DNA from: an uncultured Chitinophagaceae bacterium
Lineage (GTDB): Bacteria > Bacteroidota > Bacteroidia > Chitinophagales > LD1
NCBI GenBank assembly: GCA_964552715.1
Contig: CAZKHZ010000001.1
Span: 1-51,211 of the forward strand
DNA: 51,211 nucleotides
Reading direction: 5' to 3'
Shown: piece by piece, positions 37,901-47,664 of the stretch
How the letters are laid out: the number at the start of each line of letters is the position of its first letter
Numbering within the stretch: position 1 is the first letter of the stretch
Position numbers and translations under genes: made by a program
Notes under the pieces: generated by a model
The model's input: only the letters and a program-made list of their open reading frames with translations
Databases searched by the model: none
What the model was told of the DNA's origin: nothing

Positions 37901-40900
37901 TCCATCAGGGTTAACTTATGCTTGGGTGCCTAATAATTTATCGGGTAGCACAGCAACGGGATTAAGCCCGGGAATTTATTCAGTTACAGTTAGCAACCAG
38001 CAAGGTTGTCAGGGAGCCGATACAATTGTTATTAGTCAACCTTCCAATTTACAATTAAATATTTCACGATTGAATGTGCTTTGCTTCGGGCAATCGAATG
38101 GCAATTTTACCGCAACCGTTATTGGCGGCACTCCTGCTTATACCTATAATTGGAATCCAAATTTAGGTAATATTTCTACGCCCAATAGTTTGCCAGCGGG
38201 TGTATATCGTATCACGGTAACAGACAGTAAAGGTTGTACCGTGCAAGGAATTGATTCTATCACACAACCTGCTGCACTAAGCGTTGTGGTTTCAACCACA
38301 AACGCAACAACCAATGGCGGCAGTCAAGGCACAGCAAAAGCGAATGTTATTGGAGGCTCACCTAATTTCACTTACACATGGAGTAATGGCATCACTACAG
38401 ATTCTATCCGCAATTTAGTTGCAGGTAATTATTGCGTTACTGTGAGAGATTCTAGAGGATGTACGGCAACTGCTTGTGGCATAATAACCGACCCGCCTCC
38501 AATACTTTTAACCTTTGTAAAAACTGATGTGTTGTGCAACGGGCAAGCAACAGGTTCGGCAAGTGTTTCGGCTGTGGGCGGTATTTTGCCTTATCGTTTT
38601 AAATGGAGCAGCAATCCATTGGTTGATACTACAAATTCTATGTCAAATGTTTTAGCGGGAACATACACAGTAACAGTTACTGATTCGGCTGGAGTTGCCG
38701 TTACAGGTAACATAACTATCAATCAGCCAACTGCAATTGCTATAGTTTTTGATTCTGTTCCAGTAAATTGTAATGGCGGAAATAATGCCAGCCTTACGGC
38801 AGTTCCATCTGGCGGCACTCCTAGTTATACATACAATTGGCAAACACCTTTAAATCAACAACAAGCAACGGTTCAGGGGCTTGTTGCAGGAACATATACT
38901 GTTGTTGTTACTGATGCAAATAATTGCACAGCAACAGCAAGTCGAACTTTAGCAGACCCTGCACTGCTTACTATTTTGGAAATTGTTTTAAATGATGTGA
39001 GTTGCTATGGTGGTAGCAATGGCGCGGCAAGTGCAACGGCAAACGGAGGCACTACACCTTATACTTTTGCATGGAGCAATAGTGTTGCGCAGGCAACAGG
39101 CAACCAAGCAAATGATTTAACCGCTGGCAATCAAAATGTTGTTGTAACAGATGCAAGAGGCTGCACAGCCACTGCAAATTTTAGTATTACTGAGCCACCT
39201 GTTTTTTCAGTAGCTGTGGTTACTACTAATGCCAATTGCCCAACTAGCAACGATGGCGCAGGCACGGGCAATGTTACGGGCGGAATTGCTCCTTACACTT
39301 TCCTTTGGGACAATGTAACAGGACCGCAAACTCAAAATGGTTTGGTATTTGGCAATCACTCTGTTGTGGTTACAGATGCGAACCAATGTACTGCCTCGGC
39401 AAACTTTTATATTGATACAAATTATACGCTTCGAGTTAGCGTGCAAACAACCGATGCTACTTGCTTTGGTTTAAATAATGGAAGTGTAGTTATTGCTCCA
39501 CTTAACGGAACGCCAGCTTTTACCTATCAATATTTCAATTTCACCAATCAGGCAACTACTGCAACTGGTTTATTAGCGGGTAGTTATTCAGTAATTGCTA
39601 CTGATAATTTGAATTGTGTTGTTAATGAAACGTTCATCATAAATGAACCTTCGCAGATTGTTTTAACGCTTACTAAAACGGATCCTTTTTGTACAGGAGA
39701 TGCTAACGGATTAGCAAGTGTAACAGCAATTGGAGGCACACCGGGTTACACTTATTTATGGTCGAACACTCAAGCAACTCAATCAGCTCAAAACTTAATA
39801 GCAGGTAACTATTCGGTTTCTGTTACAGATAATAATCAATGCGAAGTTTCAGAAAGCATATTTCTAAACGACCCGCTTTCGCTTCAAGCAACGTTTATTA
39901 ATAGGAGTGAAATTAGTTGTGCAGGGGCAAATGATGCAGCGATAACTGTAGAAGCTAGCGGAGGAACTTCGCCTTATGCTTATTTGTGGCAGCAAGATCC
40001 ATTTGTAACTACGCTTTCTTCACAAACTATTGAAAATCTTGGTCCTGGTAGCTATGTAGTTTTGGTAACAGATAACAATGGATGCTCCATAAGAGACACT
40101 GCAACTTTTATTTCTCCTCCTATTTTGAACTTTAATTATGTAATCACAGACTCAACTTCATGCCCTGGCTCTGTTGACGGAAGAATACGCGCTTTAGCAG
40201 TTGGCGGAACACCTGCGGGCTCAGGAATACCTTACACCTATTCCTTAGATAATGTTACTTATCAGCAGAGTGGAGTGTTTAATAATTTAATTGCAACAAC
40301 ATACAGGATTTATGTAAAAGATGGTAACAATTGCATTTACGACACGTTGGTTTCTGTTGCAGAGCCGCTTCCGCTTGGTTTACAAATTTTGCCGCAAGAC
40401 AGCACTATTGAATTAGGCAATCAACTTCAGTTAGTTGCTTTACCTTTGGGTTATTCTGGCAATGATTTAAAAGGATTCAGTTGGTCGCCTGCTTCGGGTT
40501 TGTCTTGTGTGGATTGTGCCAATCCTATTGCTACCCCATATAGTGATATAGAATATGTTTTAACAGTGAAATATTTGAGCAAATGCAGCCTTGAGAAAAA
40601 AGTAAACGTCTTTGTTTTAAATGGCAAGGCGTTCTTTATTCCAAATATATTTTCACCCAACAATGATGGCTCAAATGATGTGTGGCAGATTTACGGATAT
40701 GATTTGAAAGAGGTAGATGTAAAAGTTTTCAACCGTTGGGGAGAAAAAGTTTTCGATTCGCAAGGCAACCAATTTACTGCATGGAATGGCGTTTATAAAG
40801 GCGTTTTGCAGGAGTCAGGCATTTATACTTTCATTGTGCAGGCAGAATATTTGAATGGAAAAGTTGCAAGAAAGTCAGGAACTATTACTTTGGTGCGCTG

Positions 40901-40901
40901 A
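34944..40901 (+). CDS. giant SprB-repeat cell-surface protein with T9SS type B C-terminal sorting domain
   Basis: 1985 aa with a signal peptide. The N-terminal domain THAMGADLQYTCLGNNQYRVRLSFYRDCSGI is common in CHU_large-type adhesins. There are Ig-like segments and then 11 SprB-type repeats. The C-terminus FFIPNIFSPNNDGSNDVWQIYGY...VFNRWGEKVF...WNGVYKG...GTITLVR is a type B CTD. Confidence 0.92.
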   Translation: MKHFYAILVAVFFILFIQDVFATHAMGADLQYTCLGNNQYRVRLSFYRDCSGIDVGTAAVTITAPSCGIITNQSFTLTELTNFPCPGGGVSGTAGCDVSPLCPTQISQNSCNFSPSSQAPFPGVRSVIYEGIITLPSTCNQWLVRFAENARNPSDNITGSNSQNLSVQALINNTIDPLTGQPYCNNSVSFSSLPVPFYCVNNPVTYNQGAVDADGDSLVYTIIAPLGDGFNPLSYQVGYSASQPIRTNPPNSFQFDEATGQMSFTPSFVETDVLAVRVDEYRNGVLVGSTIRDIQVKIINCTVSTPVQQPIDNIQNANQQDSITLQVCPGTQVSFDIKVIDPLGRNLTLKSSIQNNPSPLPGATLAQINQGTAPNDSAIARIRWTPAAADTGCRQFVLTAENDDCPIKGNQTRVYKVCVFNKVQLLTASPTFCGKPVQLTATGGTNFTWTPTTGLSSTAVLNPVASPAVPTNYKFTSDCGTDSVFVNVAQPFVYDAGVGGQICQNGQIQLNASVDNLYQPYSIKWIPSNGLVDPVFALPNDTILNPIASPLSTTKYKVQFTANNGCINEDSVTVVVSGTGPLIKARTNKTLVCPGEAAQLTLISNPLSCGISQQPCSGNDVNAQVGTFTNSSNNSPVQLPSPLGGYSKSTRHQILFRASEILAVSNSGGKIKSIAINLLAAGTPLNNLTIKMACVSADSIKGYIAGGSLATVYTPKNYTPVLGWNVFTLDNIYDWDGQSNLLVDICHNSTTANGQHMKYQMTRTDGSQGFANYSSLWCTASGAFDQCGITGTDQNLNAARYKERPNTRFVVCVADLSTANIAWTPNTGANAPTPLNNDTTIARPQTPQIYRVAVSDQNGCTGNSFVFVNVDTSARLTMTNDTFICATNATVKLKAKVTSSLPNPNFIYTWAAVPSAGFVNPGNRDSVTVTPSVSTKYYVTITGAACTLVDSATVAVGSGIPVDMVGTNLTCFAANDGVIVVNVPGNPSGLTYAWVPNNLSGSTATGLSPGIYSVTVSNQQGCQGADTIVISQPSNLQLNISRLNVLCFGQSNGNFTATVIGGTPAYTYNWNPNLGNISTPNSLPAGVYRITVTDSKGCTVQGIDSITQPAALSVVVSTTNATTNGGSQGTAKANVIGGSPNFTYTWSNGITTDSIRNLVAGNYCVTVRDSRGCTATACGIITDPPPILLTFVKTDVLCNGQATGSASVSAVGGILPYRFKWSSNPLVDTTNSMSNVLAGTYTVTVTDSAGVAVTGNITINQPTAIAIVFDSVPVNCNGGNNASLTAVPSGGTPSYTYNWQTPLNQQQATVQGLVAGTYTVVVTDANNCTATASRTLADPALLTILEIVLNDVSCYGGSNGAASATANGGTTPYTFAWSNSVAQATGNQANDLTAGNQNVVVTDARGCTATANFSITEPPVFSVAVVTTNANCPTSNDGAGTGNVTGGIAPYTFLWDNVTGPQTQNGLVFGNHSVVVTDANQCTASANFYIDTNYTLRVSVQTTDATCFGLNNGSVVIAPLNGTPAFTYQYFNFTNQATTATGLLAGSYSVIATDNLNCVVNETFIINEPSQIVLTLTKTDPFCTGDANGLASVTAIGGTPGYTYLWSNTQATQSAQNLIAGNYSVSVTDNNQCEVSESIFLNDPLSLQATFINRSEISCAGANDAAITVEASGGTSPYAYLWQQDPFVTTLSSQTIENLGPGSYVVLVTDNNGCSIRDTATFISPPILNFNYVITDSTSCPGSVDGRIRALAVGGTPAGSGIPYTYSLDNVTYQQSGVFNNLIATTYRIYVKDGNNCIYDTLVSVAEPLPLGLQILPQDSTIELGNQLQLVALPLGYSGNDLKGFSWSPASGLSCVDCANPIATPYSDIEYVLTVKYLSKCSLEKKVNVFVLNGKAFFIPNIFSPNNDGSNDVWQIYGYDLKEVDVKVFNRWGEKVFDSQGNQFTAWNGVYKGVLQESGIYTFIVQAEYLNGKVARKSGTITLVR
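37830..40370 (+). repeat. 11 tandem SprB-type repeat modules inside the second giant CDS
   Basis: Repeat seeds run from NLTCFAANDGVIVVNVPGN, NVLCFGQSNGNFTATVIGGTPAYTYNW and DVLCNGQATGSASVSAVGGILPYRFKW through to STSCPGSVDGRIRALAVGG. One copy (NATTNGGSQGTAKANVIGGSPNFTYTW) has lost the leading Cys. Confidence 0.85.
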
Positions 40902-41018
40902 AAAAGCATTGTTTTGAAAAAGTCAATGCTTTAAGCGTTAAAAAATTGTATTCAAGAAAAAATTTCACATAACTTAGATTTTCGTTTTTCGTACACCAAT
41001 ACAGCAAGAACAATTCAA

Positions 41019-42101
41019 ATGAAAAGAATTTTACAAACTTTAGTACTCGCCTTGAGCTTTTCAACAGTAATGGCTCAAGATCCTCACTGGTCTCAGTTTT
41101 ACATTATGCCCCAATCCCTCAATCCTGCATTGATTGGCGCCTTTAATGGTAACTACCGTGCGAGCGGTATTTTCAGGGGGCAATGGGGTTCGGTACTTGC
41201 TAACGAAAATGTGCCTATGTTTCGCACCTATTCCTTTGCGCTTGATTTTAGAACCAATCGCGGCATTGGTAAAAATGACGCATTCGGTTTTGGTGCATTT
41301 TTTACTGGTGATAAAGCCGGTGATTTGAAGTTTGGAACTAACAGTGGTGGTATAGGAATTTCATATCACAAATCATTAGATAAAAAAGGAAGCCATTTCT
41401 TATCGCTTGGTTTGCAATCAGAAGTGTTTAATCGCACTATTGATTACAGCCAAATTAAAACCGGCAGCCAATGGGATGGGGCTTCTTACAATCCTAACCT
41501 TCCTGCTGGAGAGTTTTTAGTAGATGACAATTTCTTATTTTGGGATGCTACAGCAGGTTTGATGTACTACGGTCGTTTTTCTAAACGTACTAACTTATAT
41601 GCAGGTGTTTCAGCATTTCACTTAAATGCTCCTTCTGTATCTTTCTTAAACGTAGATTCAGTTCGTTTGAATAGAAAATTTGTTGCACATGCAGGTGTTC
41701 GTTTTCCTTTGAAAGGAAGATTTGATTTACAACCTAAATTCATCTTCATGAATCAAGGTCAAAGCAATGAATTCATTGTAGCGGCTGACATTAGAATATT
41801 GTTTGAAGAAAGATTTCCAGAAGGAAACAATTTTCGTTTTGGAGCAATGTTCCGTGCTGTTGGTGGCGACACTAGATCAACTTGGGCTAAGAAAAAAGGC
41901 GGTAATATGTTGAACGAAGAAGCTGTAGTAATAACAGGTGGAGTTGATTGGAATGGTATTAGCCTTGGTGTTGCTTATGATATTAACGTAAGTGATTTGA
42001 TAGGAGGAAGCCGTAGCCAAGGTGCATTTGAAGTAGGTTTAAGTTACGCAGGTTCTTGGAAAAAACGCAAACCACAAACAATTTTCTGTCCAAGATTTTA
42101 A
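41019..42101 (+). CDS. PorP/SprF-family type IX secretion system membrane protein
   Basis: It has a signal peptide followed by QDPHWSQFYIMPQSLNPALIG, the family-defining N-terminus. It is beta-rich and ends ...FEVGLSYAG. It lies directly downstream of a type B CTD cargo. Confidence 0.88.
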   Translation: MKRILQTLVLALSFSTVMAQDPHWSQFYIMPQSLNPALIGAFNGNYRASGIFRGQWGSVLANENVPMFRTYSFALDFRTNRGIGKNDAFGFGAFFTGDKAGDLKFGTNSGGIGISYHKSLDKKGSHFLSLGLQSEVFNRTIDYSQIKTGSQWDGASYNPNLPAGEFLVDDNFLFWDATAGLMYYGRFSKRTNLYAGVSAFHLNAPSVSFLNVDSVRLNRKFVAHAGVRFPLKGRFDLQPKFIFMNQGQSNEFIVAADIRILFEERFPEGNNFRFGAMFRAVGGDTRSTWAKKKGGNMLNEEAVVITGGVDWNGISLGVAYDINVSDLIGGSRSQGAFEVGLSYAGSWKKRKPQTIFCPRF

Positions 42102-42124
42102 TGAACTTTAGTTCAATACAAAAA

Positions 42125-42151
42125 GGGCATTCATTATTGGATGCCTTTTTT
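42125..42151 (+). terminator. Rho-independent terminator after PorP/SprF
   Basis: GGGCATTC-ATTATT-GGATGCC forms a stem of about 7 bp including one G-U pair, followed by TTTTTT. Confidence 0.6.
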
Positions 42152-42252
42152 ATTTATAAGAAGTATCGTTTGAAAGAAACATCAATCACAACTTTTAAAA
42201 TACAACTGTTGTTCATTCGTGGTAATGTTGTTCCCAAAACATAATTTAATTC

Positions 42253-44028
42253 ATGCCTGAAAACACCGAAAAGCGCAGACTGAAATGGAGTGAAATAACG
42301 CACTCGTTGCGTATCTATCGTTTTATACTTCCTTATAAATTGCATTTTATTGCTGGAATGGTTTGCTTGGTCATTTCTACTGCTGTAGTATCCGTGTTAC
42401 CTATGGGATTTCGCCAGTTGGTTGATGCTGCAAACAGTAGTAGTATGAGTAGTAAAATGCTACAAAAGCTTGGTTTGATTTTAGGTGGTGTATTGGGCAT
42501 ACAAAGTTTCTTTTCTTATTTCAGAATTCGCTTGTTCGAAATCGTGAGCCAAAGAAGTATGAGCGATATTCGTAGGCAACTTTATGCGAAAATTATCACC
42601 CTACCAATTTCTTTTTTTGAAAATAATAGAACAGGCGATTTAAGTTCACGCATTGGCAGCGATGTAACACAGTTGCAAGAGGCGCTTGGTTTTAATCTTG
42701 CCATGTTTGTGCGCCAATTGGTTTTGCCAATTGTTTGTATTCCGTTCCTGTTCACCATCTCGGTAAAGCTCACTTTGGTAATGATTGCCACATTCCCTCC
42801 GCTAATTTTTAGTGCAGTAATTTTTGGAAAATTTATTCGCAAGCTATCTCGCCAAAGTCAGGATGCGTTGGCATTTTCAACCACCATTGTTGAAGAAACA
42901 TTTCAGGCAGCCGATGTCGTAAAATCCTATACAAATGAATACTATGAAACCAATCGCTATGGAGCAGCAGTGTTGAAAGTAGCAGATGTGGCTTTGTATG
43001 CAGCAAAGTATCGCGCAGCTTTTGTGTCGTTTATAATTTTTGCTTTGATAGGAGGCGTGGTTTTAATTGTATGGCAAGGCTTAAGCATTGTCGCTACAGG
43101 TGGTTTAACTATGGGGCAATTGATTGAGTTTTTGTTGTTTACTATTTTTATTGGTGGCTCATTGGGTGGTTTGAGCGAGAGCTATTCTGTGATTCAAAAA
43201 ACTGTTGGGGCAGGAGAGCGCATCAACGAAATTCTGGAAGAAAAGAGCGAGGTAAATATCAATGAGGCTAACCCAGCAGCTATTATCCAAGGTAAAGTAA
43301 CTTTCAGCAATATTAGTTTTGCTTATCCTGCACGGAAGGAAATGCCAGTGTTTACTAACCTTTCTTTTACTGCCCAGCAAGGTGAGAAAATTGCATTGGT
43401 GGGTCCGAGCGGCTCAGGCAAATCCACTATCATTAAATTATTGAGTGGTTACTATAAACCTGATGGAGGTGAAATTCAAATAGACGATAAGCCATTTTCA
43501 TCTTATACACTTGCAGCACTGCGCAAAAACATCGGTATGGTGCCGCAAGAAGTAATTTTGTTTGGCGGCACAATTGCAGAAAATATTGCCTACGGAAAAA
43601 CCAATGCTACAGTTGATGAAATTCGCGAAGCTGCTCGCAAAGCAAATGCCTTTGACTTTATAGAATCCTTTCCTGAAAAATTTGAAACCGCAGTAGGAGA
43701 AAGAGGGGTGAAATTGAGTGGAGGGCAAAAACAACGTATTGCAATTGCACGTGCCATTTTACGCAATCCTAAAATTTTGATTTTGGATGAGGCTACCAGT
43801 GCTTTGGATGCAGAATCGGAGAAATTAGTGAAAGATGCTTTGCAAGAATTGATGAAAGGTAGAACAACTTTTATTATTGCTCATCGCTTGAGCACCATTC
43901 GCGAAGCCGACACTATTCTTGTAATCAATAAAGGAAAAATTGTGGAACAGGGAACACATAAAGAACTTTCTAATTTGCAAGATGGCACTTACAGTAAGTT
44001 GTTGAAATTGCAGTATGAAATAGAGTAG
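42253..44028 (+). CDS. ABC transporter permease/ATP-binding fusion, MsbA/lipid-exporter-like
   Basis: 591 aa with a six-TM N-domain. It has Walker A (GPSGSGKST), the ABC signature (LSGGQKQRIAIARA), Walker B (ILILDEATSALD) and an H-loop (IAHRLST). Confidence 0.9.
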   Translation: MPENTEKRRLKWSEITHSLRIYRFILPYKLHFIAGMVCLVISTAVVSVLPMGFRQLVDAANSSSMSSKMLQKLGLILGGVLGIQSFFSYFRIRLFEIVSQRSMSDIRRQLYAKIITLPISFFENNRTGDLSSRIGSDVTQLQEALGFNLAMFVRQLVLPIVCIPFLFTISVKLTLVMIATFPPLIFSAVIFGKFIRKLSRQSQDALAFSTTIVEETFQAADVVKSYTNEYYETNRYGAAVLKVADVALYAAKYRAAFVSFIIFALIGGVVLIVWQGLSIVATGGLTMGQLIEFLLFTIFIGGSLGGLSESYSVIQKTVGAGERINEILEEKSEVNINEANPAAIIQGKVTFSNISFAYPARKEMPVFTNLSFTAQQGEKIALVGPSGSGKSTIIKLLSGYYKPDGGEIQIDDKPFSSYTLAALRKNIGMVPQEVILFGGTIAENIAYGKTNATVDEIREAARKANAFDFIESFPEKFETAVGERGVKLSGGQKQRIAIARAILRNPKILILDEATSALDAESEKLVKDALQELMKGRTTFIIAHRLSTIREADTILVINKGKIVEQGTHKELSNLQDGTYSKLLKLQYEIE

Positions 44029-44177
44029 GGATAACACTTGGTCTGACCTTGGTCAGACTCAGTTCTTCCACGCGCTTTTCAAAAGTTAATGCGCGCTCCT
44101 TTAAATTTGATTCAATACCTTTACACGGCAACCATAATTGTATTTTTACCATCATAAATAGAGTGTCACAAATTGAT

Positions 44178-46385
44178 ATGAAAATTCTTATTTACTTTTT
44201 TCTGATTGTAATTCCTTTTACAAGACTTTTAGCCCAGCCCTTTTTCCAAACGCTCTCCATTCCCGTTTCGAAAAATAATATTGCATTAAAAAATGCTTGG
44301 GTTGGCGGTATGGACGCTCCTCAATTTTCCCCTGCAGATTTAAATAATGACGGCAAGCCAGATTTATTTGTGTTTGATAGAGGTGGAAACAAAGCCTATA
44401 CCTTTTTAAACAAAGGAAATGGTAATTATGAGTATGCACCAAAACACGAAGCAATGTTGCCCGAAATGGAAAACTGGGCATTAATGCGCGACTACAACAA
44501 AGATGGTGTGCCAGATATTTTTTGTTGGGCAAATGCGGGTATTAAAGTTTATAGGGGGAAAAGAAATAATGGCGTGCTTAGTTTTGATTTCATCACAGCT
44601 AAGTATGATACCAACGGTACTTTAGTTAGTGATTTGTTGACCTTTAACAATAATGGTTTCGCGGTAAATGTCTATGTGCTCACGGATGACATTCCTGGAT
44701 TAGTTGATGTGAATGGTGATGGTGATATGGATGTATTGGCTTTTGGCAATTTTGCAACATCGGTAGAGTACTATGAAAACCAATCGGTGGAAAGAGGTTT
44801 TGGAGCAGATAGCTTGATTTTTGATGCAGATTTTTTGGATTTATGTTGGGGTAAGTTTTTAGAAGGGGCGCTTTCTAATACAATCTCATTAGCCTCTTGC
44901 AAAATGGGCGGTATGGAAGGCAGCGATGCTGGCAGACATGCAGGCTCCACTATTTGTGCGTTTGATAAAGAGGGAGATAAAGACATGGATTTGTTGTTGG
45001 GAGATATTGCCTATAACACTATGATTTATTTAAAAAATGGGGGAGATTCAGCGGATGCGACTATGGTTAGTTATGACACGATTTTTCCTGCATACAACAC
45101 ACCAATTAATATGCCTGTATTTCCAGCAGCATACTTGATTGATGCAGACGACAATGGTGTGAATGATTTGTTAGTTGCACCCAATGCGCGTGGTTCCTTT
45201 CGTAATATTAAAAACGTGATGTTGTATAAAAACATAGGCAGCAACACCAATTATGATTTCCGCTATCAAACCGATTCATTTTTGGTAAGCGACATTTTAG
45301 ACTTTGGATCTAACTCTAAAGTAGCAGTGTTTGATTACAACGGAGATGGCTTGTTGGATATTTTTATTGGAAATGACACTTATTACACGCAACAGTTTCA
45401 AACGTCAAAATCTCAAATGGCTTTATTGGAGAATGTTGGCACCGCAAACAATCCTGCATTCAAGATAGTTACTGATGATTACGCGAATATCGGCAATTTC
45501 TTATTGAGACAATTGCAACCTGCTTTTGGAGATTTAGATGGTGATGGGAAAAAAGATTTGTTGCTTGGAGATGCATCTGGCTATTTGCACTTCTTTAAAA
45601 ATACAGGCTCTACAGTTGCCAACTTTGCAGCTATGACTTCACCTCAGTATTTTAATATTGATGCATCAGTAAATGCTGCTCCATTTGTTTACGATGTAGA
45701 TGGTGATGGCGATAATGATTTAGTGGTCGGCAGAAAAGATGGCACCATTAATTGGTATATAAATTTTGGCACATCAAATAGTCCCAATTTCAGGAAGGAT
45801 TCTGCTGTATTGGAATTTGGTAAAATTCGATTGCAAGGACAGTACGAAATAGAAGGCTCAGCACAACCTTTTATTTACAAGCAAAATGATTCGTTGTTTT
45901 TATATATTGGGTCTAATCGTGGCGCTGTCTTTAAATACTATGTTGCACCAAGTCAATTGCGCGGAGGTGCTTTTGCACTTTTAGATTCTAATTTATTAGG
46001 GAAAGATGTCGGGCAAAAGTCAACTATTGCAGTGTCAGATTTTAATGGAGACGGCAAACCTGATTTTGTTGTTGGCAATAGTTTAGGTGGCTTAAATTTC
46101 TTTTCATCCATTCAAGTTGACCCTAATGAAATACAGGAAAAGCTAAATCCTGAGTTTACTTGGAGTTTGTTTCCAAACCCTACACGAAATCAAATATTTA
46201 TCTACTCCCAAAATCCAGAAGTGAGCATAGCTGAAATTTATTCAAGCATGGGAGAATTGGTCTCGAAAGAGACTTTTTCGGGCAGTATTTCAATTTCTAC
46301 AGAAAAAATTTCATCAGGTGTTTACTTTGTAAAAGTGTTGCAAAGTGGCGGCAGCACTACAAAGCGGCTGATTGTGCAACATTAA
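44178..46385 (+). CDS. FG-GAP/VCBS-repeat protein with T9SS type A C-terminal sorting domain
   Basis: ATG at 44178 (MKILIYFFLIVIPFTRLLAQ); the upstream TTG in the track is unlikely. It has repeated Ca-binding-like loops: DLNNDGKPDLFVF, DVNGDGDMDVLAF, DYNGDGLLDIFIG, FGDLDGDGKKDLLLG, DVDGDGDNDLVVG and DFNGDGKPDFVVG. The C-terminus WSLFPNPTRNQIFIY...GVYFVKVLQSGGSTTKRLIVQH is a type A CTD. Confidence 0.88.
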   Translation: MKILIYFFLIVIPFTRLLAQPFFQTLSIPVSKNNIALKNAWVGGMDAPQFSPADLNNDGKPDLFVFDRGGNKAYTFLNKGNGNYEYAPKHEAMLPEMENWALMRDYNKDGVPDIFCWANAGIKVYRGKRNNGVLSFDFITAKYDTNGTLVSDLLTFNNNGFAVNVYVLTDDIPGLVDVNGDGDMDVLAFGNFATSVEYYENQSVERGFGADSLIFDADFLDLCWGKFLEGALSNTISLASCKMGGMEGSDAGRHAGSTICAFDKEGDKDMDLLLGDIAYNTMIYLKNGGDSADATMVSYDTIFPAYNTPINMPVFPAAYLIDADDNGVNDLLVAPNARGSFRNIKNVMLYKNIGSNTNYDFRYQTDSFLVSDILDFGSNSKVAVFDYNGDGLLDIFIGNDTYYTQQFQTSKSQMALLENVGTANNPAFKIVTDDYANIGNFLLRQLQPAFGDLDGDGKKDLLLGDASGYLHFFKNTGSTVANFAAMTSPQYFNIDASVNAAPFVYDVDGDGDNDLVVGRKDGTINWYINFGTSNSPNFRKDSAVLEFGKIRLQGQYEIEGSAQPFIYKQNDSLFLYIGSNRGAVFKYYVAPSQLRGGAFALLDSNLLGKDVGQKSTIAVSDFNGDGKPDFVVGNSLGGLNFFSSIQVDPNEIQEKLNPEFTWSLFPNPTRNQIFIYSQNPEVSIAEIYSSMGELVSKETFSGSISISTEKISSGVYFVKVLQSGGSTTKRLIVQH

Positions 46386-46452
46386 TATTTCAACATCGGC
46401 AATTTTTTTTTCTAAAAAATGAGCCAACTGCTTGTACATATCCGAACTTTTC

Positions 46453-46460
46453 TATCTTTG
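46453..46460 (+). promoter_or_regulatory. candidate Bacteroidota -7 promoter element (TAnnTTTG) for the second PorP/SprF gene
   Basis: TATCTTTG lies 30 nt upstream of ATG 46490. A CTTG sits 18 nt further upstream as a possible -33 element. Motif match only. Confidence 0.35.
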
Positions 46461-46489
46461 GCGCACAGACAAAAAAAAATTATTTGACT

Positions 46490-47557
46490 ATGGTATTAAA
46501 TATACGCCTACGTAGTTTCTTGGTTGCAACAGCAGCATTAGTAGCAGTATCAACATCTGCTCAAGACATTCACTTTTCTCAGTATTACACTTTTGCTTCG
46601 GCAATGAATCCAGCTTTGGTTGGTAATTACGATGGAACCTTTAGAGTTGCGGCATTATACCGCAATCAGTGGAACAATCCATTGGGTAGGTCAGCTTATC
46701 AAACAATTGCTGCCGATGTGGATGTGTCATTATTAGAAGGATACCTTCGCACAGATAAGTTAGCTGTTGGCGTTGGTTTTTATCAAGACCGTTCAGGCGC
46801 TGCAGGTTTAGCAGTTACAAACGTTTCATTAACTGTTGGTTATCACAAAGGTTTTGGTAAAGAAGGTAAACACCGTTTGTCATTCGCTATGCAAGGTGCT
46901 TATATGCAAAAGCGTATTGAAGATCCGGTTTTTGCCGATCAGTTCCGTGGTCACGACCAATCATTAGCAAACTTTACAAACGAGGAATTGATTCGTGGTT
47001 TCTACAATTTTGATTTCAATGCAGGTCTTTACTGGCGTTCAAATATCAAAGACAAGGTGAAATTAAATGCAGGTTTTGCAGCTTATCACATTGTTCAACC
47101 CAAAGAAGACAACATAAGCGATTCATTGCGTGTGTTCGGAAACTTAACGCGCAGATTTGTTGCAGACTTGAGTGTTGAAGCCTTCTTAAATAAAAAGAAA
47201 AGCATTTCATTGGCTCCAGAGTTTATCTTCCAATATAAGGACAAGCAATTTGAAGCAATGCCAGGTTTAATGTTCGGTTATTACTTCAACACCGGTTTCC
47301 GCAACAATAATAGCATTCACATTGGTGGTCGCTACCGCTTGGGTTCTGGAATCAACGGCACAGGAAGCGATGCATTCGTAGTATTATCACAGGTTGAATT
47401 CAAAAACGTTCGTTTAGGTTTTGCTTACGATATCAACTTATCTAAATTGAGTGTTGCTACCCAAAATCGTGGAGGATTTGAAATTTCATTAAGCTACATC
47501 GGTGAAAGCATTAAATCCTTCAAAGCCAATAAGAGTTTGCCAAGTCGCAGATTCTAA
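46490..47557 (+). CDS. PorP/SprF-family type IX secretion system membrane protein (second copy)
   Basis: It has a signal peptide followed by QDIHFSQYYTFASAMNPALVG and ends ...GGFEISLSYIG. It is a paralog of 41019..42101. Confidence 0.88.
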   Translation: MVLNIRLRSFLVATAALVAVSTSAQDIHFSQYYTFASAMNPALVGNYDGTFRVAALYRNQWNNPLGRSAYQTIAADVDVSLLEGYLRTDKLAVGVGFYQDRSGAAGLAVTNVSLTVGYHKGFGKEGKHRLSFAMQGAYMQKRIEDPVFADQFRGHDQSLANFTNEELIRGFYNFDFNAGLYWRSNIKDKVKLNAGFAAYHIVQPKEDNISDSLRVFGNLTRRFVADLSVEAFLNKKKSISLAPEFIFQYKDKQFEAMPGLMFGYYFNTGFRNNNSIHIGGRYRLGSGINGTGSDAFVVLSQVEFKNVRLGFAYDINLSKLSVATQNRGGFEISLSYIGESIKSFKANKSLPSRRF

Positions 47558-47607
47558 TAGCGGGTTAACGGACAATCTTTCATACAAAAATTTGAATACT
47601 GTTTCAC

Positions 47608-47637
47608 AACCTGCTTTTAACAAAGGGCGGGTTTTTT
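47608..47637 (+). terminator. possible Rho-independent terminator
   Basis: AACCTGC-(12 nt)-GCGGGTT forms a 7-bp stem with one G-U pair, followed by TTTTTT. The loop is long, so this is weaker than the other terminators. Confidence 0.45.
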
Positions 47638-47664
47638 ATTTGAAATATCAATAAACTAAACTCA

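Noticed and set aside
44039-44060. The palindrome GGTCTGACC-TT-GGTCAGAC after the ABC transporter gene, as a terminator.
   Set aside because: It is a perfect 8-bp palindrome, but with only a 2-nt centre and no following T-run. It may be a protein-binding site or a chance occurrence, and I did not call it.
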